Shown piece by piece: positions 28,617 through 39,914 of a DNA stretch of 64,000 bases (positions within the stretch are counted from its first letter, which is position 1; every line of letters begins with the position of its first letter). The stretch comes from Rhodospirillales bacterium RIFCSPLOWO2_02_FULL_58_16 (GTDB taxonomy: Bacteria > Pseudomonadota > Alphaproteobacteria > Rhodospirillales > 2-02-FULL-58-16), in assembly GCA_001830425.1 (NCBI GenBank), contig MIAA01000014.1:13891-77890 (forward strand). The letters run 5' to 3'. A model generated the notes under the pieces. It worked only from the letters and a program-made list of their open reading frames with translations. It ran no database searches and had not been told where the DNA came from. Position numbers and translations under genes: made by a program.

Positions 28617-29089
28617 GCTTTATTCGCACCGTATTCCTGACGGAGTTGGTCTCGGGCATGGCGCTGACCCTGCGTTATTTTTTCCGCGCCAAGATAACCA
28701 TCAACTATCCTTATGAGAAAGGTCCGCTCAGCCCGCGCTTTCGCGGCGAACACGCGCTTCGCCGCTATGCGAACGGCGAGGAGCGTTGTATCGCCTGCAA
28801 ACTGTGCGAAGCGGCGTGTCCGGCCCAGGCCATCACTATCGAGGCCGAGCCTCGCAATGACGGCAGCCGCCGCACCACGCGCTACGACATCGACATGACC
28901 AAGTGCATTTTCTGCGGCTATTGCCAGGAAGCCTGCCCGGTTGACGCTATCGTCGAAGGGCCGAATTTTGAATATGCCACCGAAAGCCGCGAGGAACTGA
29001 TATACGACAAGGCTAAACTGCTGGCTAACGGCGAACGGTGGGAAACGGAACTGGCCGACCGCATCGCGGTCGAAGCCCGATACCGTTAA
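28613..29089 (+). CDS. nuoI: NADH-quinone oxidoreductase subunit I
   Basis: 158 aa. Two CxxCxxCxxxCP motifs ([24 protein letters not shown]). Confidence 0.96.
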   Translation: MSFIRTVFLTELVSGMALTLRYFFRAKITINYPYEKGPLSPRFRGEHALRRYANGEERCIACKLCEAACPAQAITIEAEPRNDGSRRTTRYDIDMTKCIFCGYCQEACPVDAIVEGPNFEYATESREELIYDKAKLLANGERWETELADRIAVEARYR

Positions 29090-29102
29090 GGATAATGGAA
29101 CG

Positions 29103-29714
29103 ATGATCGAAGCACTGGTGTTTTACATGTTCGCCTTTGTAACCGTGGCCTCCGGGGTCATGGTTATCTCTTCGCGCAATCCGGTGCATTCGGTGTTGTT
29201 TCTAATTCTCGCTTTCTTCAATGCGGCCGGACTGTTCCTGTTGCTGGGCGCCGAGTTTCTGGCGATGATCCTGGTTATCGTCTACGTCGGAGCGGTAGCG
29301 GTGCTGTTCCTGTTCGTGGTGATGATGCTGGATATCAATTTTGTCGAAATACGCCAGGGGTTCCTTCATTATCTGCCGATAGGCGGCTTGATCGGAGTGG
29401 TGCTGATCGCCGAACTGCTGACCGTCATCGGCAGTCGGGTCATGGTTCCTGATGCTGCGGAAAAAGGAGCGGCGCCGATGCCGTCTCTTGAGGCTACTGC
29501 CAATACCAATGCGTTGGGCGAATTGATCTACACCCATTACATTTATTTATTCCAGGCGGCGGGACTCATTCTGCTGGTGGCGATGATCGGCGCCATTGTC
29601 CTCTCTCACCGCAGCCGCAAGGGCGTCCGCAGGCAGAATATTTCAGACCAGATAGCGCGTCGCGCCGAGGAATCGGTCAAAACCCGCAAGGTCGAGTCGG
29701 GGAGGGGCATCTGA
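29103..29714 (+). CDS. nuoJ: NADH-quinone oxidoreductase subunit J
   Basis: 203 aa. Hydrophobic, NuoJ-like ([17 protein letters not shown]). Confidence 0.93.
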   Translation: MIEALVFYMFAFVTVASGVMVISSRNPVHSVLFLILAFFNAAGLFLLLGAEFLAMILVIVYVGAVAVLFLFVVMMLDINFVEIRQGFLHYLPIGGLIGVVLIAELLTVIGSRVMVPDAAEKGAAPMPSLEATANTNALGELIYTHYIYLFQAAGLILLVAMIGAIVLSHRSRKGVRRQNISDQIARRAEESVKTRKVESGRGI

Positions 29715-30025
29715 TGTCGGTAATCGGCCTGTCCCATTACCTGAGCGTCGCCGCCATCCTGTTTGTGCTGGGGATTTTCGGGATTTTTCTCAATCGCAAA
29801 AACGTAGTCATCATCCTGATGTCAATCGAGTTGATGCTGTTGGCGGTCAATATCAATCTGGTGGCCTTCTCCGCCGAGATGCACGACCTTGTCGGTCAGG
29901 TTTTCGCCATGTTCATTCTGACCGTCGCCGCCGCCGAGACCGCCATCGGGCTGGCTATTCTGATGGCCTTTTTCCGTAATCGCGGCACCATCGCCGTCGA
30001 AGACATCAACTCGATGAAGGGCTGA
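29714..30025 (+). CDS. nuoK: NADH-quinone oxidoreductase subunit K
   Basis: 103 aa. [17 protein letters not shown]...[12 protein letters not shown]. Intact C-terminus. Confidence 0.94.
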   Translation: MSVIGLSHYLSVAAILFVLGIFGIFLNRKNVVIILMSIELMLLAVNINLVAFSAEMHDLVGQVFAMFILTVAAAETAIGLAILMAFFRNRGTIAVEDINSMKG

Positions 30026-30029
30026 GAAA

Positions 30030-30692
30030 TTGCCGACAACCCTTGAAGCGATAATAATTCTGGTTCTTCTGGTTGTTCCGGGCTTTTTGTGCTGGCAGTT
30101 AATTTCATCCAGGATGCCGAGTACGTTTGTATCCGATGCGCATTCAGTATTAACTTTTTTGTTTTTCAGCACGTTAATCCATGTCTTGGCCTCGCCGGTT
30201 ACTATTTGTTTATCAAGTCAAATCGTGGCGTTCAGCAGCTCCTTGAAAAGCATAGACGCAAATAATCAAGTTTTTTGGGATTGGGCTGTTTTTGCCTGGG
30301 TAATATTTGTTTTATTTGTTATGCCCATAGTGGTGGCTTGGTTTGTTTCTTGGTTATGGAAAAAGAATCGGCTTCAATGGATTCTTGGTAAATTTGGCCT
30401 TTCCCTTGTTCAAAAAACGCCAAAGGCTTGGGATTGGTTTTTTCTCACTCATAACAAAGAAGGGTATTGGGTTGTTGCTGAAATGGACGATGGCGCATTG
30501 GTCGGCGGAGAGTTCGGCGGGGAATCATTTTCATCACTTTCTCCACATAAAGAAGACCTATATCTAGAAAGCGCTTACTATGTGGATGAAAATCATATTT
30601 TTCTTGGCCTGATACCAAATAATGCCGGCGTCTGGATAAACGGAGACAAGGTTAAGGCATTATTTTTCTACAGTGTTAGCAAAGGAGATTAA
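30030..30692 (+). CDS. hypothetical membrane protein (3 predicted N-terminal TM helices plus a soluble C-terminal domain; reminiscent of DUF6338-type proteins)
   Basis: 220-aa ORF, TTG start 4 nt after the nuoK stop. The DNA is visibly AT-rich relative to flanking nuo genes. TM-like segments: AIIILVLLVVPGFLCWQLI, VLTFLFFSTLIHVLASPV, WAVFAWVIFVLFVMPIVVAWFVSWLW. The DUF assignment is from memory only. Confidence 0.6.
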   Translation: MPTTLEAIIILVLLVVPGFLCWQLISSRMPSTFVSDAHSVLTFLFFSTLIHVLASPVTICLSSQIVAFSSSLKSIDANNQVFWDWAVFAWVIFVLFVMPIVVAWFVSWLWKKNRLQWILGKFGLSLVQKTPKAWDWFFLTHNKEGYWVVAEMDDGALVGGEFGGESFSSLSPHKEDLYLESAYYVDENHIFLGLIPNNAGVWINGDKVKALFFYSVSKGD

Positions 30693-30694
30693 AA

Positions 30695-30910
30695 ATGAGT
30701 CAGCATCGAATTATTGATTTATCAGGCAATAATGTCGGCAGGGGAGTCAGGCCATCTTCGGATGCCGGCCCAATGCCGGAAATGAAACCTCACCCATCCG
30801 GTGTCAAGCCTGTGACCATGAGAGGCCTATCCGCAACCCGTTGGGCTTCTGTCCGTCCCGGTGATCAGAAACCGCAAGCGGCGCCCACGCCGGACAAAAA
30901 AAAGAAATAA
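30695..30910 (+). CDS. hypothetical small Pro/Lys-rich protein
   Basis: 71-aa ORF. ATG lies 2 nt after the previous stop and is preceded by GGAG. Low-complexity C-terminus (PQAAPTPDKKKK). No recognisable family. Confidence 0.4.
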   Translation: MSQHRIIDLSGNNVGRGVRPSSDAGPMPEMKPHPSGVKPVTMRGLSATRWASVRPGDQKPQAAPTPDKKKK

Positions 30911-30920
30911 GTAGAATTCC

Positions 30921-32879
30921 GTGTACACAGCTATCGTCTTCCTGCCGCTTTTCGGAGCGATGATCGCCGGGGCCATGGCCTTTTCCTCGCCCGAGGACGA
31001 GAAGGCCATGGCGCGTATCGACAAGACGGCGCAGTGGGTCGCCTGCGGCGCCATGATGCTGTCCGCCCTGCTGGCGATAAATATGTTTGCGGACGTGGCC
31101 TTCGGCGGCAAAGCCGGCGTCATTCATTTGCTTGCCTGGATCGATTCCGGAACCCTGGAGGTTTCGTGGGCGCTCAGACTGGATACGCTGTCGGCGGTGA
31201 TGCTGCTGACCGTTTCCATCACCTCGACGGTAATCCACGTTTATTCAATCGGTTACATGGGCCATGATTCGTCGGTTCCGCGCTTTATGTCGTATCTCAG
31301 CCTGTTCACTTTCTGCATGTATATGCTGGTGACTTCGGACAATCTGGTACAGCTTTTCTTCGGCTGGGAGGGCGTCGGCCTGATGTCCTACCTGCTGATC
31401 GGCTTCTGGTATGACAAGCCCTCGGCCAATGCCGCCGCCATCAAGGCTTTCGTCGTCAACCGGGTCGGCGATTTCGGCTTCGCATTGGGCATTTTCGCCA
31501 CCTTCGTGTTGTTTGACTCGGTGAACTTCGACACCATTTTCGCCGTGGCTCCCGGCAAGGCCGCCGCCGTGATGAACGTCTTTGGAATCGAGTTCCACGC
31601 CCTGACCGTGATCTGTCTGCTGCTGTTCGTCGGCGCCATGGGCAAGTCGGCTCAATTAGGGCTGCACACATGGCTTCCCGACGCTATGGAAGGCCCGACG
31701 CCGGTTTCCGCCCTGATTCACGCCGCCACCATGGTCACCGCCGGCGTTTTCATGGTGGCGCGACTGTCGCCGCTGTTTGAGTACTCGGACACGGCGTTAG
31801 CGGTGGTCACCGTCGTCGGCGGCTCGACCGCCATCTTCGCCGCCACCATCGGCTGCGTGCAGAATGACATCAAGCGGGTAATCGCCTATTCCACCTGCTC
31901 GCAGTTGGGTTATATGTTTTTCGCCATCGGCGTTTCGGCCTATTCGGCGGGCGTATTCCATCTGATGACCCACGCCTATTTCAAGGCGCTGTTGTTCCTC
32001 GGCTCCGGGTCGGTAATTCACGCCATGTCGGACGAGCAGGATATGCGCCGGATGGGAGGCATCTGGAAGTCGATCCCCGTCACCTACGCCATGATGTGGA
32101 TCGGCAGTCTGGCGCTGGTGGGCATCCCGCCGTTCGCCGGCTTCTATTCCAAGGATATCGTTCTTGAGGCGGCCTACGCCGCCCATACCGGCGTCGGCGC
32201 TTATGCCTTCTGGATGGGGATCGCCGCCGCTACCTTAACCGCGTTTTATTCGGGACGGCTGTTGTTCATGACCTTCCACGGCAAACCCAGGGCCGATGCC
32301 GAGACAATGTCTCATATTCACGAATCGCCCAAGGTGATGCTGATCCCGCTGCTGGTGCTTTCGGTGGGCGCCATGTTCGCCGGAAAGATCGGCTATGATT
32401 ACTTCGTCGGCCACAACGCGGCCGATTTCTGGGGCGCTTCAATCCTGATCCTGCCCGTCCATGACGCTCTTGAGGCGGCTCACCATGTGCCGACATGGGT
32501 GAAATACCTGCCGCTGGCAGTCGGCGGCGGCGGCATTTTTGCGGCCTTCGTCATGTATGTGGTCGCGCCGGGCATTCCGGGGGCTTTGGCCGGAACTTTC
32601 AGCGGCGTGTACAAATTCCTGCTCAACAAGTGGTACTTTGACGAGCTTTACGACTTCCTGTTCGTGCGGCCGGCGTTCATGCTGGGCAGGGGCTTCTGGA
32701 AGTCGGGCGACGGCGCCCTGATCGACGGCGTCGGTCCCGACGGCGTTGCCGCCGCGACCTTGAATTTGGCCAAAAGGGCGTCGCAATTTCAGTCCGGCTA
32801 CCTTTATCACTACGCCTTCGCCATGTTGGCCGGGGTCGTCGTGTTGATAACCTGGTATCTGTTCATGGCGATGGGGTGA
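30921..32879 (+). CDS. nuoL: NADH-quinone oxidoreductase subunit L
   Basis: 652 aa, GTG start. [51 protein letters not shown]. Confidence 0.96.
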   Translation: MYTAIVFLPLFGAMIAGAMAFSSPEDEKAMARIDKTAQWVACGAMMLSALLAINMFADVAFGGKAGVIHLLAWIDSGTLEVSWALRLDTLSAVMLLTVSITSTVIHVYSIGYMGHDSSVPRFMSYLSLFTFCMYMLVTSDNLVQLFFGWEGVGLMSYLLIGFWYDKPSANAAAIKAFVVNRVGDFGFALGIFATFVLFDSVNFDTIFAVAPGKAAAVMNVFGIEFHALTVICLLLFVGAMGKSAQLGLHTWLPDAMEGPTPVSALIHAATMVTAGVFMVARLSPLFEYSDTALAVVTVVGGSTAIFAATIGCVQNDIKRVIAYSTCSQLGYMFFAIGVSAYSAGVFHLMTHAYFKALLFLGSGSVIHAMSDEQDMRRMGGIWKSIPVTYAMMWIGSLALVGIPPFAGFYSKDIVLEAAYAAHTGVGAYAFWMGIAAATLTAFYSGRLLFMTFHGKPRADAETMSHIHESPKVMLIPLLVLSVGAMFAGKIGYDYFVGHNAADFWGASILILPVHDALEAAHHVPTWVKYLPLAVGGGGIFAAFVMYVVAPGIPGALAGTFSGVYKFLLNKWYFDELYDFLFVRPAFMLGRGFWKSGDGALIDGVGPDGVAAATLNLAKRASQFQSGYLYHYAFAMLAGVVVLITWYLFMAMG

Positions 32880-32886
32880 GGGGAGC

Positions 32887-34401
32887 ATGAGCGATTTTCC
32901 ACTCCTCTCGGTGGTGGCCTTCCTGCCTTTGGTCGGGGCGGCCTTCATTTTGTTCATACGCGGCAGCGACGAGATCGTGGCGCGTAATTGCCGGAACGTG
33001 GCGTTGTTAACGTCTATGTTCACTTTCCTGGTGTCGCTGGCCGTCTGGATCAACTTCGACAACACGACGGCCGACTTCCAGTTCGTCGAGAAACTGGCGT
33101 GGATGCCCTACTACAAGATTTCCTATTACCTCGGCGTCGATGGTATTTCGATGCTGTTCGTCATGCTGACCACTGTGTTGACGCCGATAGCGGTGGGGGT
33201 CAGTTGGCAATCCGTCACCAGCCGCGTCAAGGAATACATGATCGCCTTCCTGGCCCTGGAAACGATGATGATCGGCATGTTTTGCGCTCTTGACATCGTT
33301 CTCTTCTACATTTTCTTCGAGGCGGTGCTGATTCCCATGTTTCTGATCATTGGCGTATGGGGCGGACCTCGTCGCGTCTATGCCGCCTTCAAGTTCTTTT
33401 TGTATACGCTACTCGGCTCGGTGCTGATGCTGCTGGCGTTGCTGGTTATGTATTATACGGCCGGCACCGCCGAGATTCCGCTGCTGATGCAGTACAAGTT
33501 CCCGGTTCACCTGCAGGTCTGGCTGTGGCTGGCTTTCTTCGCCTCCTTCGCCGTCAAGGTGCCGATGTGGCCGGTGCATACCTGGCTGCCCGACGCCCAT
33601 GTCGAGGCGCCGACGGCCGGCTCGGTAATTCTGGCGGCGGTATTGTTGAAGTTCGGCGGCTATGGATTCCTGCGTTTTTCGCTGCCCATGTTCCCCGACG
33701 CTACGATTGAATTCGCGCCGCTGATCTTCACCCTCAGCATTATCGCCGTGATCTACACCTCGCTGGTGGCGCTGGTCCAGGAGGACATGAAAAAGCTGAT
33801 CGCCTATTCCTCGGTGGCTCACATGGGGTTTGTCACGGCGGGAACCTTCTCCCTGACCCTGCACGGCATCGAGGGCGCCATCTACACCATGCTCAGTCAC
33901 GGCGTCGTCTCCGCCGCCTTGTTCATGATCGTCGGCGTCGTCTATGACCGCATACATTCACGCGATATCGCCGCCTACGGCGGTCTGGTGCATCGCATGC
34001 CGATCTATGCGTGGACTTTCATGCTGTTCATGCTGGCGTCGGTCGGGCTTCCGGGGACCGGAGGCTTTGTCGGTGAATTCCTGGTGCTGCTGGGAGTCTT
34101 CGAGGTCAATACCGTGGTGGCGGCGCTGGCTTCCACCGGCGTCGTTCTGGGCGTCGCTTATATGCTGTACCTTTACCGACGGGTCGTTTTCGGCAAGCTG
34201 ACCAAGGAAGACCTTATGAACATCGCCGACATGAACGGTCGTGAAATCCTGGTTTTCGCGCCGCTGGTAGCGCTGGTCCTGTGGATGGGCGTCTATCCGA
34301 CGCCGTTCCTCGACGTTATGCATGTTTCGGTGAGCAATCTGGTCAATCATGTCAATGAGACGCGAGCGTTGACCGGCTTCGCCGAAATGATTGGACATTA
34401 G
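32887..34401 (+). CDS. nuoM: NADH-quinone oxidoreductase subunit M
   Basis: 504 aa. [27 protein letters not shown]. Confidence 0.96.
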   Translation: MSDFPLLSVVAFLPLVGAAFILFIRGSDEIVARNCRNVALLTSMFTFLVSLAVWINFDNTTADFQFVEKLAWMPYYKISYYLGVDGISMLFVMLTTVLTPIAVGVSWQSVTSRVKEYMIAFLALETMMIGMFCALDIVLFYIFFEAVLIPMFLIIGVWGGPRRVYAAFKFFLYTLLGSVLMLLALLVMYYTAGTAEIPLLMQYKFPVHLQVWLWLAFFASFAVKVPMWPVHTWLPDAHVEAPTAGSVILAAVLLKFGGYGFLRFSLPMFPDATIEFAPLIFTLSIIAVIYTSLVALVQEDMKKLIAYSSVAHMGFVTAGTFSLTLHGIEGAIYTMLSHGVVSAALFMIVGVVYDRIHSRDIAAYGGLVHRMPIYAWTFMLFMLASVGLPGTGGFVGEFLVLLGVFEVNTVVAALASTGVVLGVAYMLYLYRRVVFGKLTKEDLMNIADMNGREILVFAPLVALVLWMGVYPTPFLDVMHVSVSNLVNHVNETRALTGFAEMIGH

Positions 34402-34413
34402 GAGAGGACTGAA

Positions 34414-35895
34414 GTGACGCCTTTAGCGGAAATTCCGAACCTGATCCCGGCCTTGCCGGAAATTTTCATGGCCTTGGCGGCGATGGCGCTGCTGATGCTC
34501 GGCGTCTCCCACAAGGAGGACGCCGTTGACGCCGTCGCCGCCCTCAAACACACCCGCCTTATTTCGTATTTGGCGGTTATCACCTTGTTTTTGGCTTTGC
34601 TGCTGGTGACGACCGTGGCCGGCGGCGGACGCATGACTTCGTTCAACGGCATGTTTATCGGCGATCCCTTTGCCGCCTTCTTCAAGGTTTTGGTATTGAT
34701 CGCCTCGGCGCTGGCTATCGTCATCTCCCAAAGTTATCTGGAGCGCCAAGGCTCCGTCCGCTTCGAGTTCGCCGTGCTGGTCCTGTTCGCCACCATCGGC
34801 ATGATGATGATGATTTCGGCCAACGATCTTATCTCGCTTTATGTGGGGCTTGAGATGCAGAGTTTGTCGCTTTATGTGCTGGCGGCTTTCCAGCGCGATG
34901 ACGGGCGCTCGACGGAGGCCGGGCTTAAATATTTTGTTCTCGGCGCGCTGGCCTCGGGAATGCTGCTGTACGGATCATCGCTGATCTACGGCTTCACCGG
35001 GACCACCAATTTCGAGACGCTGGCCGGGTTGTTGCACAGTGGGCATGGGACCGTGTCGTCGGGCGTCGTCTTCGGCATCGTGTTTATTCTCGCCGGCTTG
35101 GCCTTTAAGGTCTCGGCGGTTCCGTTCCATATGTGGACGCCCGACGTCTACGAGGGCGCGCCGACGCCGGTCACCGCCTTCTTTTCGGTGGGACCGAAAC
35201 TGGCGGCGATGGCGTTGTTCATCCGGGTGATGATCGGCCCCTTCGGCGATCTGGTGAGCGAATGGCAACAGATCGTGGTGCTGGTTTCCATGGCGTCGAT
35301 GGTCCTCGGAGCCTTTGCCGCCGTCAATCAGACCAATATCAAAAGGCTGATGGCGTACAGCTCCATCGGTCACGTCGGATACGCGCTGATCGGTCTGGCG
35401 GTCGGCAACGAAGCGGGAATTCGCGGAATTCTGATCTATCTGGCTATCTATCTGTTCATGAATATCGGCGCCTTTGCCTGTATTTTGTGCATGCGCCGGG
35501 GTGATCGCATGGTCGAGAACATCTCAGACCTCGCCGGACTGTCCAAGAGCCACCCGATGGTGGCGCTGGCCTTCACCATTTTCATGTTCTCAATGGCGGG
35601 AATTCCGCCGTTGGCCGGGTTCTTCGGCAAATTCTATATCTTCCTGGCGGCGATGGAGGCGGAGCTTTACGCGCTGGCCGTCATCGGCGTGCTGGCCAGC
35701 GTGGTCTCCGCCTTCTATTACCTGAGGATCGTCAAGATCATGTACTTTGACGATCTCGGCGAGACCCTTGAAAAATCCATCGGCGCGGATATCTCCGTGG
35801 TATTGCTGGGGGCCGGTCTGCTGATTATGTTCTTTATCCTTTACCCTTCTCCCGTTCTTTCCGCCGCCGCCGCCGCCACCGCCGCGCTGTTTTGA
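34414..35895 (+). CDS. nuoN: NADH-quinone oxidoreductase subunit N
   Basis: 493 aa, GTG start. [25 protein letters not shown]. Confidence 0.94.
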   Translation: MTPLAEIPNLIPALPEIFMALAAMALLMLGVSHKEDAVDAVAALKHTRLISYLAVITLFLALLLVTTVAGGGRMTSFNGMFIGDPFAAFFKVLVLIASALAIVISQSYLERQGSVRFEFAVLVLFATIGMMMMISANDLISLYVGLEMQSLSLYVLAAFQRDDGRSTEAGLKYFVLGALASGMLLYGSSLIYGFTGTTNFETLAGLLHSGHGTVSSGVVFGIVFILAGLAFKVSAVPFHMWTPDVYEGAPTPVTAFFSVGPKLAAMALFIRVMIGPFGDLVSEWQQIVVLVSMASMVLGAFAAVNQTNIKRLMAYSSIGHVGYALIGLAVGNEAGIRGILIYLAIYLFMNIGAFACILCMRRGDRMVENISDLAGLSKSHPMVALAFTIFMFSMAGIPPLAGFFGKFYIFLAAMEAELYALAVIGVLASVVSAFYYLRIVKIMYFDDLGETLEKSIGADISVVLLGAGLLIMFFILYPSPVLSAAAAATAALF

Positions 35896-35913
35896 TCGTT
35901 GCCGTTGTTGACT

Positions 35914-36684
35914 ATGGCCGGCCTTCCCGATTTCTTCCGTTTGACGGCGTTGGACCGCGTTGACGGAACCAACGCCGAGGCCAAGCGCATGGCGGAGTCC
36001 GGCGCCGCCGAAGGCGCGGTCGTAATGGCCATGGAGCAAAGCGCCGGGCGCGGCAGACAGGGCCGGTCATGGCAGTCTCCGCCCGGCAATCTTTATTGTT
36101 CCATACTGCTGCGTCCCGACTATCCGGCATCCATGGCCATGCAGTTGACCTTCGTCGCCGCCGTCAGTCTGGCCGAGGCGGTGGCGGCGGCGTTGCCCCA
36201 GGGGACGGTGGTGACCTGCAAGTGGCCCAACGACATTCTGGTAGAGGGCCGCAAGGTCGCCGGCATCCTGCTGGAAACGTCGTCCGTCGGCATTACCGGC
36301 ATGCTTGAGTGGCTGGTGGTGGGAGTCGGCGTTAATATCGCCCGGCATCCGGCGGATGTTGAGTTCCCGGCGACCTCGTTGTGCGCCGAAGGAGCTGCGG
36401 ACATCGCCCCGGCGGCGCTTCTCGCCGGTTTCTGCCGTTGTTTTCTGTCGTCCATGACGACATGGCGGAGCCTTGGATTCGCCGCCGTCCGCGCCGCCTG
36501 GCTCAAGCGCGCTTATGGGCTGGGGGAAGCGATAGAGGTGCGGCTGGCGGGCGAAACCTTGCGCGGATCATTCCAAACTATCGACAAGAACGGAGCGCTG
36601 GTGTTGCGCCGGAACGGCCAAGAGCGCAGGATTACTGCCGGAGATGTGTTTATGAGCGGAGAAACCGATGCTGCTGGCTATTGA
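35914..36684 (+). CDS. birA: biotin--[acetyl-CoA-carboxylase] ligase
   Basis: [19 protein letters not shown] motif and [19 protein letters not shown]. The start is ambiguous (TTG 35899 or ATG 35914). Confidence 0.88.
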   Translation: MAGLPDFFRLTALDRVDGTNAEAKRMAESGAAEGAVVMAMEQSAGRGRQGRSWQSPPGNLYCSILLRPDYPASMAMQLTFVAAVSLAEAVAAALPQGTVVTCKWPNDILVEGRKVAGILLETSSVGITGMLEWLVVGVGVNIARHPADVEFPATSLCAEGAADIAPAALLAGFCRCFLSSMTTWRSLGFAAVRAAWLKRAYGLGEAIEVRLAGETLRGSFQTIDKNGALVLRRNGQERRITAGDVFMSGETDAAGY

Positions 36685-37441
36685 TTCCGGCAACACCAAT
36701 ATCGTCTTTGCCGTTTTCGGCGACGAAGGGGCGCTCCTTGGCGAGTGGCGTTCTTCGTCCGCCGCTGATCGCACCGCCGACGAACATGGGGTGTGGCTCA
36801 AGCAGTTGTTCGAGATGAAGGGGATCGACGCTGCGGGCATCGACGCGGCCATTATCGCCACCGTGGTGCCGGCCACGCTTTTTGACCTCAAGACCTTGTG
36901 CCGCAGGTATTTCGATTGTGAACCCATGGTGGTCGGCGAAGCCGACGTCAAACTGGGGCTGAAAATCCTCATGAACCATCCGGAGGAGGTGGGCGCCGAC
37001 CGCCTGCTCAACGCCATCGCCGCCCACAAGCGTTACCACGGCCCGCTGATCGTTGTCGATTTCGGCACCGCCACCACCTTCGACGTGGTTGACGGCGACG
37101 GCAACTACTGCGGCGGCGCCATCTCGCCGGGCATCAACTTGTCGCTGGAGGCCCTGCATCTGGCCGCCGCCAAGCTTCCGCGCGTCGCCATCGAGCGTCC
37201 CGACAAGGTAATCGGCAAGGGCACCATCAGCGCCATGCAGTCCGGCATCTTCTGGGGCTATGTCGGCATGATCGAGGGACTGACGGCGCGCATCAGCGAG
37301 GAATTCGGCGCCGACATGACCGTCATCGCCACCGGCGGGCTGGCGACGCTATTCGCCCCGTCCGTAAAGTGCATCGGGCATGTTGACCCGCACCTTACCC
37401 TGGATGGCCTTTTCGCCGTTCACCGGCTTAATACAAAATGA
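36668..37441 (+). CDS. coaX: type III pantothenate kinase
   Basis: 257 aa. [11 protein letters not shown]...VGADRL...[11 protein letters not shown]...GG. Confidence 0.93.
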   Translation: MLLAIDSGNTNIVFAVFGDEGALLGEWRSSSAADRTADEHGVWLKQLFEMKGIDAAGIDAAIIATVVPATLFDLKTLCRRYFDCEPMVVGEADVKLGLKILMNHPEEVGADRLLNAIAAHKRYHGPLIVVDFGTATTFDVVDGDGNYCGGAISPGINLSLEALHLAAAKLPRVAIERPDKVIGKGTISAMQSGIFWGYVGMIEGLTARISEEFGADMTVIATGGLATLFAPSVKCIGHVDPHLTLDGLFAVHRLNTK

Positions 37442-37479
37442 AAAAACCACGGATGAACGCATGGCGGTCCTTGCGCTTT

Positions 37480-37500
37480 CCCCTCCTTACCAAGGAGGGG
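37480..37500. repeat. GC-rich hairpin repeat CCCCTCCTT-ACCA-AGGAGGGG (inverse copy of 2127..2147)
   Basis: Exact reverse complement of the 21-mer at 2127..2147. Confidence 0.8.
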
Positions 37501-37514
37501 TCAACCCCCTCTAA

Positions 37515-37544
37515 CTCCCCCTTGAAGCAAGGGGGAGGATTTTT
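37515..37544 (+). terminator. rho-independent terminator downstream of coaX
   Basis: Stem CTCCCCCTT / AAGGGGGAG with loop GAAGC, followed by GATTTTT. Confidence 0.7.
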
Positions 37545-37555
37545 CAGAACAGATC

Positions 37556-39232
37556 ATGACGAATAACCCCGGCGACGAATTGCTGTTCGTCCCTCTCGGC
37601 GGAGCGGGGGAGATCGGCATGAACTTCACCCTCTACGGCTTCGGTGCGCCTGACCGCCATCGCTGGCTGGCGGTCGATCTGGGGATCACCTTCGCCAACG
37701 GCACAATCCCCGGCGTTGACGTGATCATGCCCGACCCCGCTTTCATCGTTGAGCGCCGCCACAGCCTTGACGGACTGGTGCTGACCCACGGCCACGAGGA
37801 CCATATGGGGGCTGTCGCCTACCTGTGGGACAGGCTCAAGTGTCCCCTCTACGCGACGCCGTTCACCGCCTCTCTCCTTAGGCGCAAGCTGCGCGAGGCG
37901 GGGCTGGAGGACAGGGCGCCGATAACCGAAGTCCCCCTCGGCAAGCGCTTCCGGGTAGGACCGTTCGACCTGCAATTGATCGCCATTACCCATTCCATAC
38001 CCGAAGCCGGCTCGCTCGCCGTCCGTACCCCATTGGGAACGGTTCTGCACAGCGGCGACTGGAAGTTTGACTCCGGCCCGGTAATCGGCCCCACCACCGA
38101 CGAGGAAGCCTTTCGCCGCCTCGGCGACGAGGGGGTGCTGGCCATGGTCAGTGATTCAACCAACGCTTTTTCTCCGGGCAGTTCCGGTTCCGAAGCCGAC
38201 CTGCTGAAAAGTTTCACCGCTTTGATCAGAGCCTGTAAAAAGCGCGTCGTCATTACCTGCTTCGCCACCAATGTCGCACGGCTGCAAACCATTGCCGCCG
38301 CCGCCCGCGCCAATAAGCGCGACGTAGTGCTGGTCGGACGCTCTCTCGTGCGCATCAACGAGGCGGCGCGTGAGAACGGCTACCTCGCCGCCACGCCGGC
38401 GTTCCTGGACGAAGACGACGCCGGTTACATGCCCCGCGACAAGGTGTTGATTATCTGTACGGGTAGCCAGGGAGAAGTACGCTCGGCGCTGGTCCGCATA
38501 GCCGAACGCAATCACAGAAATATCGTTCTTGAACAAGGTGATACGGTAATCTTCTCATCTAAAATCATACCCGGCAATGATATCGCCATCGGTCGTCTGC
38601 AAAACCAGTTGGTGCGCCAGGGGATCGAGGTGATGACCGAGAGGGATCATTTTGTCCATGTCTCCGGCCATCCCGCCCGCGACGAGTTGGCCCGCATGTA
38701 CGGGCATATACGCCCGACCGTTTGCCTCCCGGTCCATGGCGAGCTGCGCCACATGGAGACGAACGCCGGTCTGGCCCGCGCCTGCGGCGTCGGCAAAACG
38801 CTGATTGCCGAAAACGGGTCGATAGTGCGTCTGGCGCCGGGTGAAATCACTATCACCGGCGAGGCGCCGTCCGGTCGCCTGGTGGTGGAGGGAAGGCGGG
38901 TCGTCTCCCTGAACGGCGCTCTGGTGCGCGGACGCAACAAGGCCGTCTATAACGGCTCGGCGGTGATCACGGTGGTTGTTGACTACGAGGGCAACCTGTT
39001 TGACGATCCGCAAATGGTCACCATGGGCCTGATCGACGGCGAAAACGGGGAGGAAGAGGCAATGGACGACCTGATCTATGACGCCATCGCCGATGCTCTT
39101 GAGGGCATGACGAAAAGCAAGCGCCGCGACGATGACAAGGTGCGCCATGACTTGCGGATTGCCGCCCGCCGCGTTTTCAATCATGCCTTGGGCAAGAAGC
39201 CGGTGACCACCATCCATCTGGTAAGGGTGTAA
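37556..39232 (+). CDS. rnj: ribonuclease J (metallo-beta-lactamase/beta-CASP RNase)
   Basis: 558 aa. HGHEDHMGA motif and beta-CASP-like middle region. Typical position after coaX in alphaproteobacteria. Confidence 0.88.
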   Translation: MTNNPGDELLFVPLGGAGEIGMNFTLYGFGAPDRHRWLAVDLGITFANGTIPGVDVIMPDPAFIVERRHSLDGLVLTHGHEDHMGAVAYLWDRLKCPLYATPFTASLLRRKLREAGLEDRAPITEVPLGKRFRVGPFDLQLIAITHSIPEAGSLAVRTPLGTVLHSGDWKFDSGPVIGPTTDEEAFRRLGDEGVLAMVSDSTNAFSPGSSGSEADLLKSFTALIRACKKRVVITCFATNVARLQTIAAAARANKRDVVLVGRSLVRINEAARENGYLAATPAFLDEDDAGYMPRDKVLIICTGSQGEVRSALVRIAERNHRNIVLEQGDTVIFSSKIIPGNDIAIGRLQNQLVRQGIEVMTERDHFVHVSGHPARDELARMYGHIRPTVCLPVHGELRHMETNAGLARACGVGKTLIAENGSIVRLAPGEITITGEAPSGRLVVEGRRVVSLNGALVRGRNKAVYNGSAVITVVVDYEGNLFDDPQMVTMGLIDGENGEEEAMDDLIYDAIADALEGMTKSKRRDDDKVRHDLRIAARRVFNHALGKKPVTTIHLVRV

Positions 39233-39240
39233 CCCCGCTG

Positions 39241-39807
39241 ATGTCGTGGTATTGCGCCTACGCCGCCGCCCGCCCCCACCACCACGCCTACCACGACAAC
39301 GAATACGGTTTGCCGCTGAATGACGAGCGGGCGCTGTTTGAGCTTCTGTCGATAGAGATATTCCAGGCCGGGCTGTCGTGGGACCTGATCCTCAAAAAAC
39401 GGGCTTCCACCGTCGCCGCCTTTGACGGCTTTGACGTGGATGCCGTGGCCGCCTACGGGGAACATGACGTAGTCCGGCTGCTGGCCGACCCCGGCATTAT
39501 CCGCAATCGCCTGAAGGTGGAATCGATCATCAATAACGCCAATACGGTAATCGCCCTGCGCGAATCCGACGGCGGGTTCGCCGCCTGGATCGCCGCCCGT
39601 CACCCGCAAAACCGCGCCGGATGGACCAAGTCGTTCAAGCGGACTTTCAAGTTCATGGGGCCGGAGATCGTCAACGAGTTCCTGATGTGCATAGGCTATC
39701 TTCCCGGCGCTCACCACCGGCAATGCGAGGCCTATAACCGCATCGCAAAAATCGGCCCGCCGTGGATGAAAGCGGACCCCAAGGTGTACGAAGACGGGGA
39801 AGAGTAG
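39241..39807 (+). CDS. tag: DNA-3-methyladenine glycosylase I
   Basis: 188 aa. YHDNEYGLPLNDERALFELLSIEIFQAGLSW. Confidence 0.92.
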   Translation: MSWYCAYAAARPHHHAYHDNEYGLPLNDERALFELLSIEIFQAGLSWDLILKKRASTVAAFDGFDVDAVAAYGEHDVVRLLADPGIIRNRLKVESIINNANTVIALRESDGGFAAWIAARHPQNRAGWTKSFKRTFKFMGPEIVNEFLMCIGYLPGAHHRQCEAYNRIAKIGPPWMKADPKVYEDGEE

Positions 39808-39870
39808 AGAGGCTTCGCTTGTTGAAACCGCAAATATAATTGCGTTTATACTGATTTATTATCCATATCG

Positions 39871-39906
39871 TGTATAAATGGATATAAATGGATATAAACA
39901 GATATA
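39871..39906. repeat. four tandem 10-bp units (tGTATAAATG / GATATAAATG / GATATAAACA / GATATAgcca)
   Basis: Seen directly, at helical-turn spacing, immediately upstream of or overlapping the possible start of the AAA ATPase gene. Confidence 0.65.
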
Positions 39907-39914
39907 GCCAGACC

